The notes under the pieces are model-generated. The model saw only the letters and a program-made list of their open reading frames with translations, did not search any database and was not told the origin of the DNA. Position numbers and translations under genes: made by a program. Below, one piece after another: positions 49,711-63,270 of a stretch of DNA of 64,000 nucleotides (position 1 is the first letter of the stretch; every line of letters starts with the position of its first letter). This DNA is from Tubulanus polymorphus (taxonomy: Eukaryota > Animalia > Nemertea), in contig NC_134034.1 in assembly GCF_964204645.1 (NCBI RefSeq), positions 496,001 to 560,000 on the forward strand. The letters are read 5' to 3'.

Positions 49711-50784
49711 GGCTAACGCCGCGGCGGGATTTATGGCTGCCGGCCGTCTGCTTGTGCTGGTGCCCTAGCTCCATTTTTTCTTCAAAAAGAACACAATTTT
49801 CTGCCAAATAGTCAGAAAACCTGAGTCTAAAATAGTCTTTTTGCCTATAACAGGCTGGTGGGCACACATCGACCTCGAGTCGAACCCGGCAAGTCCACCT
49901 CGCTCGGCACGGCATTAGTAGTACAGCGTAGAGCCATTAATCAACGGCGTTTCCCTGCACGCACACGCACCCGCACCCGTTCCTGCTTCTATCGTACTTA
50001 AATCTGTATACAGTCCATGGTTTCAGTGAGTCGGTGTCGTCCTGCGCCGACGTCGGTTTATTTGTAATGTATCAATTTAGTGAATTCGAATTTAATCGAA
50101 ATGGTCGCCGCGATTCAGATATCTTCGGAGCCACCCGGTTTTCAATTTTAGTCGTCGACGGTGGCGCCGCGTATCGGTGATATATTGAAACTTTGATTTC
50201 CATACTTTAACTTTGACAGCAGCTGTTTTCCAGCAGTACAGTACACAGTACTGATAGTGATCTCACACCGGGAATAACCTGTCGCACAAACTCACAGTTA
50301 CATAAACCACCTCCAGTAAGTTACATAATTATTGTCGTCGTTTTGAAAATAAATTCGTTTAGTTAGAATCTTGGAAATTTAGCATCATTTAAATCCCTCT
50401 CTCCACCGGCTCTGGACCATCTTCCTCCAGTTCCAGTAATTATTCTGACAGAATTTTATTGATTAAATTATGATAAATAGCTCGATAATTTCGATAATTT
50501 CTATCTGCAAAATGTTAGATGTCGACCCCTTAAATTTCCCGCTCTGAAATAAGGGGTACCGGTAGATGATAAGCCCTATCATTTCGATGAGCTTATCTTC
50601 CCGGCTTTGGCCAAACAGTTGTCAGTCAGGAACAGATGAGGGTAGGCCTATTAGCAGTGACTTCAGGCAATGTGTGTGTTTTGTATATTGTTTGTGTCAT
50701 AGGCAAAATGAATACCGGTCAACAACAATCAGTGCAGGTAAAAAACATTACATCATATTTAACCTGTATTAGAATTAATATCAA

Positions 50785-51332
50785 CTAATGTCTATTTATT
50801 AATTGATGAGACCTGTTTTTCTGGGATATTTTGCTTACTTTTTGGGGTACATACCTTATTTATGTCTTAACAGAATGCCAAAAATCGCGGACAACAACTG
50901 AATATCCGATATTTTTCCAGTTCTGTACCAATTAGATGGATTGGCAAAAAGACTCCTTAAGTCCAGTTGAATGAGAGAGAAAATCCTCCATTTTGTCAAA
51001 TTTCTTTGATTTGAACATTGTTACCATGCCTACGCCACCCTGATTTAGTTGTTGAGACCCCACAAGAAAAATAACTTCATTTCGTAGGCATGGTGACAAT
51101 GTAAAAATTCAAGAAATTTCACAAAATGGAGGATTTTCTCTCTCATTCAACTGGACTTAAGGAGTCTTTTTGCCAATCCATCTAATTGGTACAGAACTGG
51201 AAATATATCGAATATTCAGTTGTTGTCCGCGATTTTTGGCATTCTGTTAAGACATAAATGAGGTATGTACCCCAAAAAGTAAGCAAAATATCCAAGAAAA
51301 ACAGGTCTCATCAATTAATAAATAGACATTAG
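50785..51332. mobile_element. Foldback/MITE-like long inverted repeat
   Basis: Arms of about 250 bp with few mismatches around a spacer of about 50 bp. Confidence 0.8.
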
Positions 51333-51977
51333 GTCACGATCAAGTATTCACTGCTTATGTTATTCCAAATTTGATTAAAGATATTGGAAAACTGGAATCA
51401 AAGAGAAAATTAAATCGTTTTAATTGATTTAAATGTATTAAATTAGGTCTGGAAGTTGACTAACGTGAAAGGGGCCCGTTGCCAACTTAGACCAACTTAG
51501 TTCTATAGCCAATCTAATAACTTGAGACCAATCTCAAGATTTAAGACGCACTTTTGGACTTAAGTCACGACTGTGCAACTGGCCCCAGGGCATTTTTATG
51601 GAACACTTATTTTAATAGTTTGTCAAATACGGACTCTCTCTCTCAGTATCCAGCTGTGTCTCTAAAGGGTCCGCCGTATTTTTTTTCAAATTTTCCCCAG
51701 AGTTATTTACATCGATTTTAAAACCACCAAATAATTATTGAATATCGACAAATATGGACTTTCAAACATAATTGATTTCTATTGAATTTTAACCAGTCGT
51801 GAAATCAATCAAATACAATTAAACTATAATATTTTCACTATTTTTTTAAACCTGGTGATTGTACTCACGACGATCATGTGATTATCTCATGTGAAGGTCT
51901 CGTGCTCTGATTGATAAGACTCATGATAATTTCTATGTCAGTATGTTTGATTAAACACTTACCTATTTAAAAAAATA

Positions 51978-52160
51978 TTAACCCTTTCAGTGCGTCTACA
52001 CCACAGAGTGCGGTGTATAAATTGGTGATGGATTTTGCAGTGTATTGATGTTACTAGTAATTAGTTTTCATCTCTATTGAAAGATGGCAGCACCTGTCAA
52101 ACATATTGAAGTAACTAATGATGCACTGCACCGCGGTGTAGACGCACTATAGCGGTTTTA
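51978..52160 (+). mobile_element. Non-autonomous piggyBac-like element; inverted copy at about 3298-3500
   Basis: TTAACCCTTTCAGTGCGTCTACACC...GGTGTAGACGCACT inverted ends; shared core TCTATTGAAAGATGGCAGCACCTGTCAAACATA in both copies. Confidence 0.55.
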
Positions 52161-52699
52161 TCAACACACTTGGGAGGAAATTTTTTTAACAATTTCAAAT
52201 TATCTCAAGCACTTTCAGGTATTTAGTAAGCACTGTAAACTTAATGACTCATGAACTGTGGAACTTGGCCCTTAAGTTTCTTCCGGAAGATTTATTTTTA
52301 ATTCAAGTAAACTTGAAATTGATAGTTAAAGTCACGTGACACGCTCGTCCACGGTCTTAGTTCGATCTACATTTTACGCATATTTTTTACATATTCTAAA
52401 AACTGTTGTTTTTCAGGCGTATAAGGTTCTAGAAAATGATACCCTCGCTCCAGGTATGCCTGGAGTGGTTACCGTTCAGCAGCAGGTAGTAACCCCCCTT
52501 CCCCTACAGAAATAACCCCCCCTCCCCTCTCCAATATTACTCCCCCTTTCTATTTATTCTAAATCTATCATCGCTAGATATTCATTACTAATTTTTTAGC
52601 ATAAAAATTTCGTTTAAATAAATATTCGCTTAAAGACATGATAATTGAGTCACAGGATTTAGGCCTTGCCCCCTCTACTGATTGTCATGAACAGTGTGT

Positions 52700-53215
52700 G
52701 GGTTTACTGTCCCCTGATTGTCAGGAACAATCTCTGAAAATGGTTAACTGTCCTCTGATTGTCAGGAACAGTCTCTGAAAATGGTTTACTGTCCCCTGAT
52801 TGTCAGGAACAGTCTCTGAAAATGGTTTACTGTCCCCTGATTGTCAGGAACAGTCTCTGAAAATAGTTTTCAGTCCCCTGATTGTCGGGAACAGTCTCTG
52901 AAAATGGTTTACTGTCCCCTGATTATCAGGAACAGTCTCTGAAAATAGTTTACTGACCCCTGATTGTCAGGAACAGTCTCTGAAAATGGTTTACTGTCCC
53001 CTGATTGTCGGGAACAGTCTCTGAAAATAGTTTACTGTCCCCTGATTGTCGGGAACAGTCTCTGAAAATGGTTTACTGTCTCCTGATTGTCAGGAACAGT
53101 CTCTGAAAATTGTTTACAGTCCCCTGATTGTCAGGAACAGTCTCTGAAAATAGTTTACTGTCCCCTGATTGTCGGGAACAGTCTCTAGAAATGATTTGTT
53201 GTCCTCTGATTGTCA
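52700..53215. repeat. About 41-bp tandem repeat
   Basis: GTTTACTGTCCCCTGATTGTCAGGAACAGTCTCTGAAAATG unit. Confidence 0.9.
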
Positions 53216-53692
53216 GGTTGAACAATCTGTCTACGACATTCTGGTTTACAGGTTTGATAATCCACATGTAGTTGTCATAGATCAATCTGTGTTAAGTGTT
53301 TTGTATCCATCGTTAAGTAGGTCTCCTGTAAGGGGTCAGATAAATTTGTCTGTGCATATGAAATATAGGTTACATATAAATAAAAACGACTACTATGATA
53401 TGATATATGTACATAGGCTAAGTGGTGATCTAGTTAACAAACATTGCTGAAATCACAGCAGGTTTATGCGACTAAGGCAGCAAGGATAGACAGCAGGTTT
53501 AAACAGCTAGGAAGACAACGTCAGGGTTACAGACACTATGGCAGAAATGCAAGATTTTAGTGATAGCGGTACTGCTGCTGTTGCTACTGTTGCTGCTGTT
53601 GCTGCCTCCCCTGTTGAATTCGGTCAAGAGGTAAAAATATTCTTTATGATTCAATGATTGATTCCAAGTCAGCCTCATGTAGACGAATGAAG

Positions 53693-54725
53693 CTGACAGC
53701 CTCACAGGTTTATGTGGCCTCAATTCTGACAGCCTCGCAGGTTTATGTGGCCTCAATTCTGACAGCCTCACAGGTTTATGTGGCCTCAATTCTGACAGCC
53801 TCACAGGTTTATGTGGCCTCAATTCTGACAGCCTCACATGTTTATGTGGCGTCAATATTGATAGATTCTTCAGTAAGTGGTATTAATACTGAGTATCTCC
53901 ATCCTGTATAATGTAATGTGTTAATGGAGGGGATGAGTTGTGACACAGACATACAGCGTGGATCTCACCATCCTATACAATCAGTACCACTGTCACTGAG
54001 TTCATACTGTGGATATGGACCCAGTATTAGAGGCACTCTGTGTTTTACTCAGGCTTATGGTTCATTTCACCCACGTAGCCTGGCACCAGCGTTAAAACTG
54101 TCTTAGTGTTGTTTTAGACTGGTTCCCAGTGCATATGTCCTGTGTTATAGACTGGTTCCCAGTGCATCTGTCTATATGTTATAGACTGGTTCCCTTCCCA
54201 GTGCATCTGTCTTGTGTTATAGACTGGTTCCCAGTGCATCTGTCTTGTGTTATAGACTGGTTTCCAGTGCATCTGTCTTGTGTTATAGACTGGTTCCCAG
54301 TGCATCTGTCTTGTGTTATACTGGTTTCCAGTGCATCTGTCTTGTGTTATAGACTGGTTCCCAGTGCATCTGTCTTGTGTTATAGACTGGTTTCCAGTGC
54401 ATCTGTCTTGTGTTATAGACTGGTTCCCAGTGCATCTGTCTTGTGTTATACTGGTTTCCAGTGCATCTGTCTTGTGTTATAGACTGGTTCCCAGTGCATC
54501 TGTCTTGTGTTATAGACTGGTTTCCAGTGCATCTGTCTTGTGTTATAGACTGGTTCCCAGTGCATCTGTCTTGTGTTATACTGGTTTCCAGTGCATCTGT
54601 CTTGTGTTATAGACTGGTTCCCAGTGCATCTGTCTTGTGTTATAGACTGGTTCCCAGTGCATCTGTCTTGTGTTATAGACTGGTTTCCAGTGCATCTGTC
54701 TTGTTTTATAGACTGGTTTCCAGTG
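53693..54725. repeat. Two adjacent 33-bp minisatellites (53693-53855 and 54115-54725)
   Basis: CTGACAGCCTCACAGGTTTATGTGGCCTCAATT and AGACTGGTTCCCAGTGCATCTGTCTTGTGTTAT units. Confidence 0.9.
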
Positions 54726-55531
54726 CGTCTGTTGCTGTTTCATGCATCTGCTTCCTCGCTGTGGTTACTTAGTTTTAAGTCGGGTTGCCGTGGAAACCGA
54801 AGAATTTTTCCGACGTTAACGGGAGGAAATGGCGGATGTAGAGCAGACGCCGTGAGTCTCATCATCTCTTAATTAACGGTGCTCCGATTCGGGCACAATC
54901 TTTTTTTTTTTAATGAACCGATATAGGGAGATATACTGCGGTGTGACGCCGGTATAGGGAGATATACTCCGCTGTGACTCCGGTATAGGGAGGTGTTGTA
55001 GTGTAATGTGGTATAGGGACAAGCATTGACTGACTGATCTCTCTGTACTAGAGCAGAGATACAACTCACTACTCCGTCTGTCTAATCAGAAGCATCGCCG
55101 TGGCAACGTAGACGACAGTGTTTGTCTTCAAGGACCTGATATTTATAGCTTTGAACAATGAAACAAAAACGTCACATTAATCATTTATAAACATCATCAG
55201 CATTTAAATATTACACTGATTGAACTCCGCATATTGATGTATATAACTGCTAGCGACACCTGGTGGAGCCTTATTCACCATTAGTGGAATCCTCTATTGA
55301 CGCAGTAGTTGATGTCCTACTGTAAACTAGCGACACCTGGTGGATCCTCACTTGCCACAAGTTGAATCCTCTGTTGCCACAGTAATTGATGTCTTACTGT
55401 ACACTAGCGACACCTGGTGGATCTTCACTTACCATAAGTGGAATCCACTGTTGCTGCAGTAGTTGATGTCCTACTGTACACTAGCGACACCTGGTGTAAT
55501 TCTGTACTAACTGATATTGTTGTTTCAGGGG

Positions 55532-58282
55532 ATGGATAAGAGCACGTATAACACTTTAGACGGTGGACTTCGACCTCAAGTGAATACTCGATATTTCACA
55601 GTATGGGTGATAATCTCACAGGTATGTATCACAAATCCTGCAGTTGTGCAAATAAAAATCATGTTTTCCAAGCCTTGAAAAGTTATTCAGTTTTAAGTTA
55701 ATTGTATCAGGAAGCTGTGGGGATCATTCATTTATTACGTACGCATAAAATTTGAATTTTTCAACCCCCCTCCCCCACCCCCCTCCCCCACCCCCCTCCC
55801 CCTCTGTACGCAAAATCGGCCATTTTTTCATATTCATTAAGCATTACAATACGTAATTGCACTGACCCCTTCCCCTCCCCTAATGCGTACAGAATAAATC
55901 AATGACCCCATACGTAAGCTATGGGGTCTCGACACAATTCAATTCTACCTCAGTACTACGGATGTTTGGCCCTGGAAAACATATTGAAAACTGAAGACTG
56001 AAAATGTTTTGATGAAATGTTTTTTTTATAGATTATGGGATTAGCTGTAGTTGTAATGATGGCAGTTTGGTTGAGTTATTTCCACGGTGGATTCGGTTGG
56101 ACGAGTGATTATACCGATCACGCTAATATTAAACTCATGTTTAATTATCATCCGCTATTTATGACGATCGGAATCATTTTCCTTTATGCGGACGGTGAGT
56201 AGAATATGCATCACCTACTGGTGTGTGACGTGTGGGCGATAAAATCTCTTTATGTCTGCTGTTTGTTGTAGTTCATTTTCAATTAAAAATTCCTGAAAAC
56301 ATCCTTGGAGGATCAGTTTTTGAAAGTGTGCTGATAAAATGTCTAATATCTGGTGCTTTTAGTTCATTTTCGATAATTAGATATGTCTCATGTGAAGTTT
56401 TGACCACATGTGAAGTGTGGACGATCAGTTTTTGAAAGTTTGCTGATAAAATGTCTGATATCCGGTGTTTGTAGTTCATTTTCAATTGCAAATGTCTTAC
56501 GTGAAGTTCTGAACACATCTGAAGTGTGGACGATAAGTCTGATGGAATGTTTGTATTTTCTATTTGACTCAAGGAATGTTTGTATTTTCTATTTGACTCA
56601 AGGAATGTTTGTATTTTCTATTTGACTATAGGAATGTTTGTATTTTCTATTTGACTATAGGAATGTTTATATTTTCTATTTGACTATAGGAATGTTTGTA
56701 TTTTCTATTTGACTATAGGAATGTTTGTATTTTCTATTTTACTATAGGAATGTTTATATTTTCTATTTGACTATAGGAATGTTTATATTTTCTATTTGAC
56801 TATAGGAATGTTTGTATTTTCTATTTGACTCTAGGAATGTTTGTATTTTCTATTTGACTATAGGAATGTTGGTTTATCGTGTATTCCGTAACGAACGTAA
56901 GATCATCATTAAGATTCTGCACGCGGTGATTCAGCTGTCGGTTGTTGTGTTTATCGCTGTCTCGTTGAAGGCTGTTTTCACGAATCACAACGCGTCCGGT
57001 AACCCGAACCTCTACACCCTACACAGCTGGATCGGTTTAACTACCGTTATACTGTTCGGTATTCAGGTAGGTGATCATCTATAGACCTTCGGTTCCTCGA
57101 GACTTCCAAAACCTTAACACTAGTCTTCAGTTGGTATTGAGTGAAACCGATTGTTGATGATTTAACAATTTATTCAGACACTTTCAAACCTTCATCATCA
57201 GAGAAAGGGCAATCATTTTCAGTTGTTATATTGGCGGCTGTAGAACCGAGGTAGTCTTGGATTTGAGACCAGTTTAAGACCATTTTATTTATTACATTAT
57301 GTTCAGATCTCATAAAATGGAGTCTTCAATAAAACCTTGAGTGAAAGAAGACCTCAATCCTTGTGTAGGTTCAGCCCGTGTGCCAGATCTTGAGGTCCTG
57401 ATCTACAGACAGTGATGTAGATTCAGTAGATTGAGTTGTTGTTGTGTTATTGTAATTTCAGTGGTTAATTGGATTCACGATGTTCCTGTTCCCGAAGGCC
57501 AGCGCTCGTCTACGCGGTTTATACATGCCTATTCATCAGTTCTTCGGTGTAGCCATATTCGCGATGGCTGTCGGGACGGCTTTGATGGGAATCTTAGAAA
57601 AATCCATCTGGTCAATGTAAGTATGGCTACGTCCATTAATCCCCCTATGACATCATCAAATTGTCTACTACCGATTGGATCTGAAGAAACTTCTAGAAAA
57701 GATGTCTGCCTCCTTAAATCCCCTTATGACATCATCAAATTGTCTACTACCGATTGGATCTGAAGAAACTTCTAGAAAAGATGTCTGCCTCCATAAATCC
57801 CCTTATGACATCATCAAATTGTCTACTATTTCATCATTAGACACGTCTAGAAAATATGTCTGCCTCCATACATCCCCCTATGACATCATCAAATTGTCTA
57901 CTACTGATTAGATCTATAGACACTTCTAGAAAAGATGTCTGCCTCCATAAATCACCCTATTACGTCATCAAAGTGTCTTGTGTTTTGACCTACAGACAGG
58001 TTCATAAAAAATGTCTGCCTACATAAATCAACAAATTGTCTACTACTCATTTGATATAAAGAAATGTCTGCCTCCATAAATCCCCCTATGACATCATCAA
58101 ATTGTGTTTATTACAGTCCGACGTACAGTAAGAAGTCTCCTGAAGCGATATTAGTGAATAGTTTAGGAGTGTTGATCCTCACTCACGGAGTTGTCGTGTT
58201 ATACATCGTTACGAGGTCCGAGTATAAACGTCAACCGCTGCCTGAAGAGGAATCTATTCAACTCACCGGTTCGAATGATTAA
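55532..58282 (+). CDS. Cytochrome b561 family ascorbate-dependent (ferric) reductase
   Basis: Exons 55532-55621, 56032-56194, 56864-57066, 57462-57616, 58117-58282; motifs FNYHPLFM, LVYRVFR, KILHA, NLYTLHSWIGL, MPIHQFFG, GILEK with four heme His. A short in-frame upstream exon near 52436-52485 is possible. Confidence 0.93.
55719..55909. mobile_element. MITE, PIF/Harbinger-like termini
   Basis: GGGGATCATTCATTTATTACGTACGC...GCGTACAGAATAAATCAATGACCCC imperfect terminal inverted repeats. Confidence 0.6.
56545..56863 (+). repeat. 29-bp tandem repeat of the cytochrome b561 exon acceptor, 11 copies
   Basis: GAATGTTTGTATTTTCTATTTGACTATAG; the last copy supplies the real AG at 56862-56863. Confidence 0.92.
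57625..58105. repeat. About 79-bp tandem/dispersed repeat family (also about 4146-4262, 14120-14245, 25780-25870, 31980-32285, 40945-41230)
   Basis: Unit CTAGAAAAGATGTCTGCCTCCATAAATCCCCCTATGACATCATCAAATTGTCTACTAGTGATTTGATCTATAGACACTT. Confidence 0.88.
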
Positions 58283-58629
58283 ACAAACTTCACCGCGACG
58301 ACTGATTAAACATCACATATTATATTTGAATATTTCATTTTTAATTCGAAGATATTTTCAGCAGATGCACATTTTTAGTTAAATCAGCTTCCTCGACGAC
58401 CGTAACAATGCGGCGGCGTTCACAGATTAGTTAAACGCACCTGACAAATTTTGTACAGAAAAGAAATTTCGAGAAAAGAATTTAAATTATTTGCTACGTT
58501 TTCCTTAAGAATCGAATCATGTTCAGATTTCTTCGCGCATTTATTACTTTATTATTATTATATTTTTGTAAATCTGAGTGAAATTCGTACAAAAACAGCT
58601 GGACTCCATCACTCGCCAGGGCTGCATTT

Positions 58630-58945
58630 CAGTTGTGCGCCCGTGGGGCTCGTGCTTCATGCAGTTATGTGCCCGTGGGGCTTGTGCTTCATGCAGTTAT
58701 GCGCCCGTGGGGCTCGTACTGTTTGCGGTCCTGTGCCCGTGGGGCTCGTGCTTCATGCAGTTATGCGCCCGTGGGGCTCGTACTGTTTGCGATCCTGTGC
58801 CCGTGGGGCTCGTGCTTCATGCAGTTGTGTGCCCGTGCTTCATGCAGTCGTGGGCCCGTGGGGCTCGTGCTATATGCGGTCCTGTGCCCGTTGGGCTCAT
58901 GCTTCATGCAGTTATGCGCCCGTGGGGCTCGTACTGTTTGCCGTC
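58630..58945. repeat. About 31-bp GC-rich minisatellite in the cytochrome b561 3' region
   Basis: GCCCGTGGGGCTCGTGCTTCATGCAGTTATG unit. Confidence 0.88.
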
Positions 58946-60566
58946 CTGGCAGGTTATTTCAATGAATCTCGGCAGTGACAGGGCTCATTCCTTGATTCAA
59001 CGTATAACTCTTCCTTCAAATTGTAAACCAGGGGGCGCTGCAGTCGCTCAAAGTTGGCTAAAGATAACTGGTGGATAAATACCATAGCAACAATGAACTT
59101 TTTATCTTCAACTATCCACTGGTTTACGCTAACCAACTTATCAGCAACTGCCCCCTAGTGTGGAATAAGTAAATCGAGATGGATAGTACTTTCAAAGGTT
59201 CACTTTAACCCGTGACCCTATAATTCTATCCATTGAATATCACACACATTTCTAGCTAAGCTTCGTTGATTTCATCATGACAAAACCACAAATATATTTG
59301 TAACCAACAAAGAAAGAGAATTCAGATGTATATTTTTCATGTGATTTAACGCGTTTTTGATGTTAGTTAAAAATTTAGTTTTGTCTTTTTCATTTATGGT
59401 TTGATTTTGATGCGATTGCGAGGACTCTCGTTGGTTATGGTCATCCTCGCTTGCCAGGGTTTGCTAAGGGTTTGCCAAGAGTTCAAACATTTGAAATGAA
59501 CTGATTTTAACTACAGTCAGTACTGTACTGATGTTTAATGATTGAAAATTCGTTCAAAGTTTATAATTTCGCTCACAAGATCTCAAATAATCAATGAGAA
59601 AAAGAAAATAGCCGTTATCTATGGCTAAGATGGTTTTAATTTTGCACATGTGGAGTCATTGACTCTAAGAGTCACTGACTTATATCCGACTCCTCAATTG
59701 AGTTATATAGTTATGACTATTTTAATTTAAAGAGTCTTGTAAAATTGGTCTTATATTAGGTGGTGAATATCTCTTGATATCATCGAGTATGAATTGGGGA
59801 AAATAATTATTTTTGTGTGAAAAATGAATGTTGATCTGAACCAGTTTGTTCCACTGGTTCTACAGTTGTGATTTACAGTTGGTTCCCAAAATTGTATTTT
59901 TGAGTCAAACCCAGTTCCATTAGTTCCACAGGACCCGATTTCACCAGTTCCACAGTTGTGAGTCAGCATATTTCGGGTCGAAATATGAATTAAGGGTAAA
60001 CAACTAAAAATGATCTAGCTTTACCTCGACAGAGTGAAATTAAAGCATTTAATTGTGGAAAATAGTGGATAATTGTGGAACTAGATCGTGGTGGATAATT
60101 CATGTGATAATTGTTGTATGTAATTAATCAGTATTTTGTGAATAACACGTATTGATTCATGTTGTTATTGTGAAACATGTGTGTCGTACATGTGCATGTC
60201 AATAATCAGCATTTATGAAATCACATGTGCATGTTACATGTGATAGTGTAATTTCTCCTGGGTCTGGGTAAATGTGTCCAAACAGTACGTGTACACCCTG
60301 GTACGAAATTTGACGCCCGTTACCGACATTTCTGGGGCAAAACTCGGGTCTCGGGAGAAATTCACTTTATCTTATCATGGATTGTTTGATATTAATGTTG
60401 TGCTGCTGTACTGCCATCTATGATCGATCGAGGGAACTAAAATATCCGTAAGCGAGATGACTCACCGAGTGGGTCAGGTCATCTTTGTGGCCACCAGTAA
60501 CCTCAACCAAATTACATGAAATCTTAAATCTAGGGGGAGGGGACAATCTAACGAATGGCATTTCAA

Positions 60567-60778
60567 ATGGGAGAAATGTCGCAATGAGCTGGGGATGGGA
60601 GAAATGTCGCAATGAGCTGGGGATGGAAGAAATGTCGCAATGAGCTGGGGATGGGAGAAATGTCGCAATGAGCTGGGGATGGGAGAAATGTCGCAATGAG
60701 CTGGGGATGGGAGAAATGTCGCAATGAGCTGGGGATGGGAGAAATGTCGCAATGAGCTGGGGATGGGAGAAATGTCGA
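60567..60778. repeat. 28-bp minisatellite
   Basis: ATGGGAGAAATGTCGCAATGAGCTGGGG unit, about 7 copies. Confidence 0.9.
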
Positions 60779-61651
60779 TGTTGACTATTTTGAATTCTAT
60801 TCTTATATAATCGTGTAATACATCCACGTGATGATAGAGGGAGCCACCGTGTTGCCTGTGTGTGTGTAATTTATAAATGTTGTGTAAATATTCAAAACAG
60901 GAAGAATAAAATATAATCAATATCGTCATGTGTCATATCGCGGTTTATTTTCGGTTGTACGAGAATCTGTTAAGCCGCCCTCCATGAGTTATACGTGTAG
61001 GCCTGTATTCAACTGAGCAGCTTAGAACTGAGACTGGTCTAAATCTTAGCCAGTTTAATCACCGCGTATCAACCTTAGCAGAATCTTCTGATCACTTCTG
61101 ATTCTCAAGATAACAAAACAACTTCGATATTGAGAGTAGTTGGAAAATATCTATTTCATGTCTTATCGTGCATGTTTCAAGTTTTCGATGGACAAAACTT
61201 CAGAATTTCGGCTTCACAATTTATTCCATTGTTTTTCTGTAATTTAGTGAAATCACTGATTTACATGAAAAATATATACTTTTACAATTATCTAAGATAC
61301 TAATCGTCGATATTTCAACGTGGCTCGAATCAGTTTTAAAATCATTTAAAATACAATTCCATTTGATAATACGAAATATATACAAGTTCCGTATGAAAAT
61401 ATTTACAATTTACAAATATCGTGTTCACAAAAATGTCCTCGGGTTTTAGTAGTGGCGCAGTCAAGACTTATAGATTTAAGACCAATCTAACAACTAAACA
61501 CCAATCTAGTGATCTAAGACCACCAGCGGTACTGGTTCAAGTAACGTTCAAATTGTGCAACAGAGCTCTTGAAGGTTTTTGAAAGTTGTTTCGTTTGACC
61601 CTGAGATTAATATTAAATGCAATCTGTTTAAAGTCTCTCTCTTTCTGTGGA

Positions 61652-62366
61652 TCAAGTTGTAATTTTATTTTTCTCAGATTCTAAAACTGGCGCTGGTATT
61701 AAATCCTTCCACGGGTCGACTAGCATACTCGCTTTATAGTATCGGCTAATATCACTGCAACCGGCGCCCCCTCCTGGCTGGTTCCTGAAGCCGCCTCGAC
61801 CCTGAAAATATTCCGTAAAATCGAGCAAATGTTCAAATTAATACATTTTTTAGGAATTTTCATTTTGTCATTTAAAATCAGCCTTTCGTAAAACTTACAA
61901 AACTGTCACGTCTGCCGCGATAGTTCCCTCGATGGCTGTAAGGTGGCGTCTGCTGTCCAAACGGCGGACTAGAGAATGATTTCTGCATCATCCCGCCCGG
62001 CCCACCTCGCCCACGGGCACCGTACGGCGACTGGAAATTCCTCTGATGCGTAAACGGTGGGCCCGGGCTTTTAAATTCGTTGTTGTAACCGTGGTAACCG
62101 CCACGATTCGGGGAATGTCCGGGCGGATTCGAGTACGGATTTTCAAACGACGGAGTCCGATGCCGTTTATTATGGAATCCCCCGCGCTGCGGACTCGGTC
62201 CTCTAGGCCCGGCAGGTGAGGAATGAGGAGACGGACTGAGGAATTGATGGTAAGGTGGAGTTCTGTAAGGCGTATCACTGCTGGAGGATAATCCTAATCC
62301 TAATCTCGACTGATCTGTCTCCTGCTGATCCGGCGTTAATCCGGGCTGCTGTTGCTGTTGATCCAT
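61652..62366 (-). CDS. MPLKIP: M-phase-specific PLK1-interacting protein (TTDN1)-like, 2 exons
   Basis: Exon 62366-61898 is Pro/Gly/Ser-Pro rich; exon 61801-61652 ends YYKASMLVDPWKDL, matching the MPLKIP motif YFKPSMLEDPW. Confidence 0.82.
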
Positions 62367-62399
62367 GTTTATGTTAGTTGAAAGCTGATCACACGACGA

Positions 62400-63270
62400 C
62401 GACGAAAAAACTAAGCGGCATCGAAAATTTTGACTTTTGGAAAAAAAATTAAAAAATCATATTTACTTCCGCGTTGGAGTCCCGAGATTCTCTCAAAGAT
62501 TCAAGGTCGTTGCACCGCACTCCGCGCTGAAGGTCAACTTTGCCTAAAAGCCCCGCATGATACAAACATTCTTATTGAATTCCATACTTTTCTTATGTTC
62601 CGTTTAATTGATTGTCACTCGCTCATTCTGGTAAAATATTTTGATTTTTTCGTTATCTCGTATCAATAAACCTATATTGAATTGAATACCATATTTTATT
62701 TATATTGAATTGAATTATTGCTCTGTCAATTTTCATTTCAGTTTTCTTTCTCTGTCTTAAATCTGTCTAAAATAGATTTTCAAATTCTGGCGTCCTGTGT
62801 TTGAAAGGAACCAGCAATATATTCAAACTGCGCACAACCCGATGACGTATTACGCACGAGTTGTCCACCACTAGTCGCGGGTTTAATCATCCGTGAAAAA
62901 GATGCACACGGTCGCTAAAGCGGTTCAAGATCGTGGTGAGTGCCCGTAAAAGCTTCCATTACCGGTCATGATTGGAAAATCTAATCAATGGGTGGGCTGG
63001 CCAGGGCAGGGGGTTGATTTTCTTTTGTTGTTATTAAGTGTTGTCACTAGGGGGCGCTAGATCTTTTTCCTAAACAGCCAATCAAACATCTCCAGTTGAT
63101 ACTTTTCGCGTGATCATGGAATCCTCTGCTTGAACCCAGCTACAGCTGCATCCAATTTCCGGGATTGTGACAAGATTTTGCCCCTCTGCGTGGGCTCGGC
63201 TACCCCGCATCAATAGCTCAATAATCGTCTATTTGTTTACAGGTTTTTGTCGTTAAAGTTGTTGTGGTAT
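62400..63270. promoter_or_regulatory. Promoter region of MPLKIP, probably shared with a divergent + strand gene
   Basis: ETS-like TTTACTTCCGCGT at 62462 (identical 13-mer at 18304), CRE-like TGACGTA near 62843, CCAAT, donor GTGAGT at 62936. Confidence 0.4.

Noticed and set aside
54129-54872. Cys/Trp-rich repeat ORFs (also 58451-59078, 60418-60929, 35415-35820, 40076-40330)
   Set aside because: Translations of minisatellites open in several frames, with no splice or domain support.
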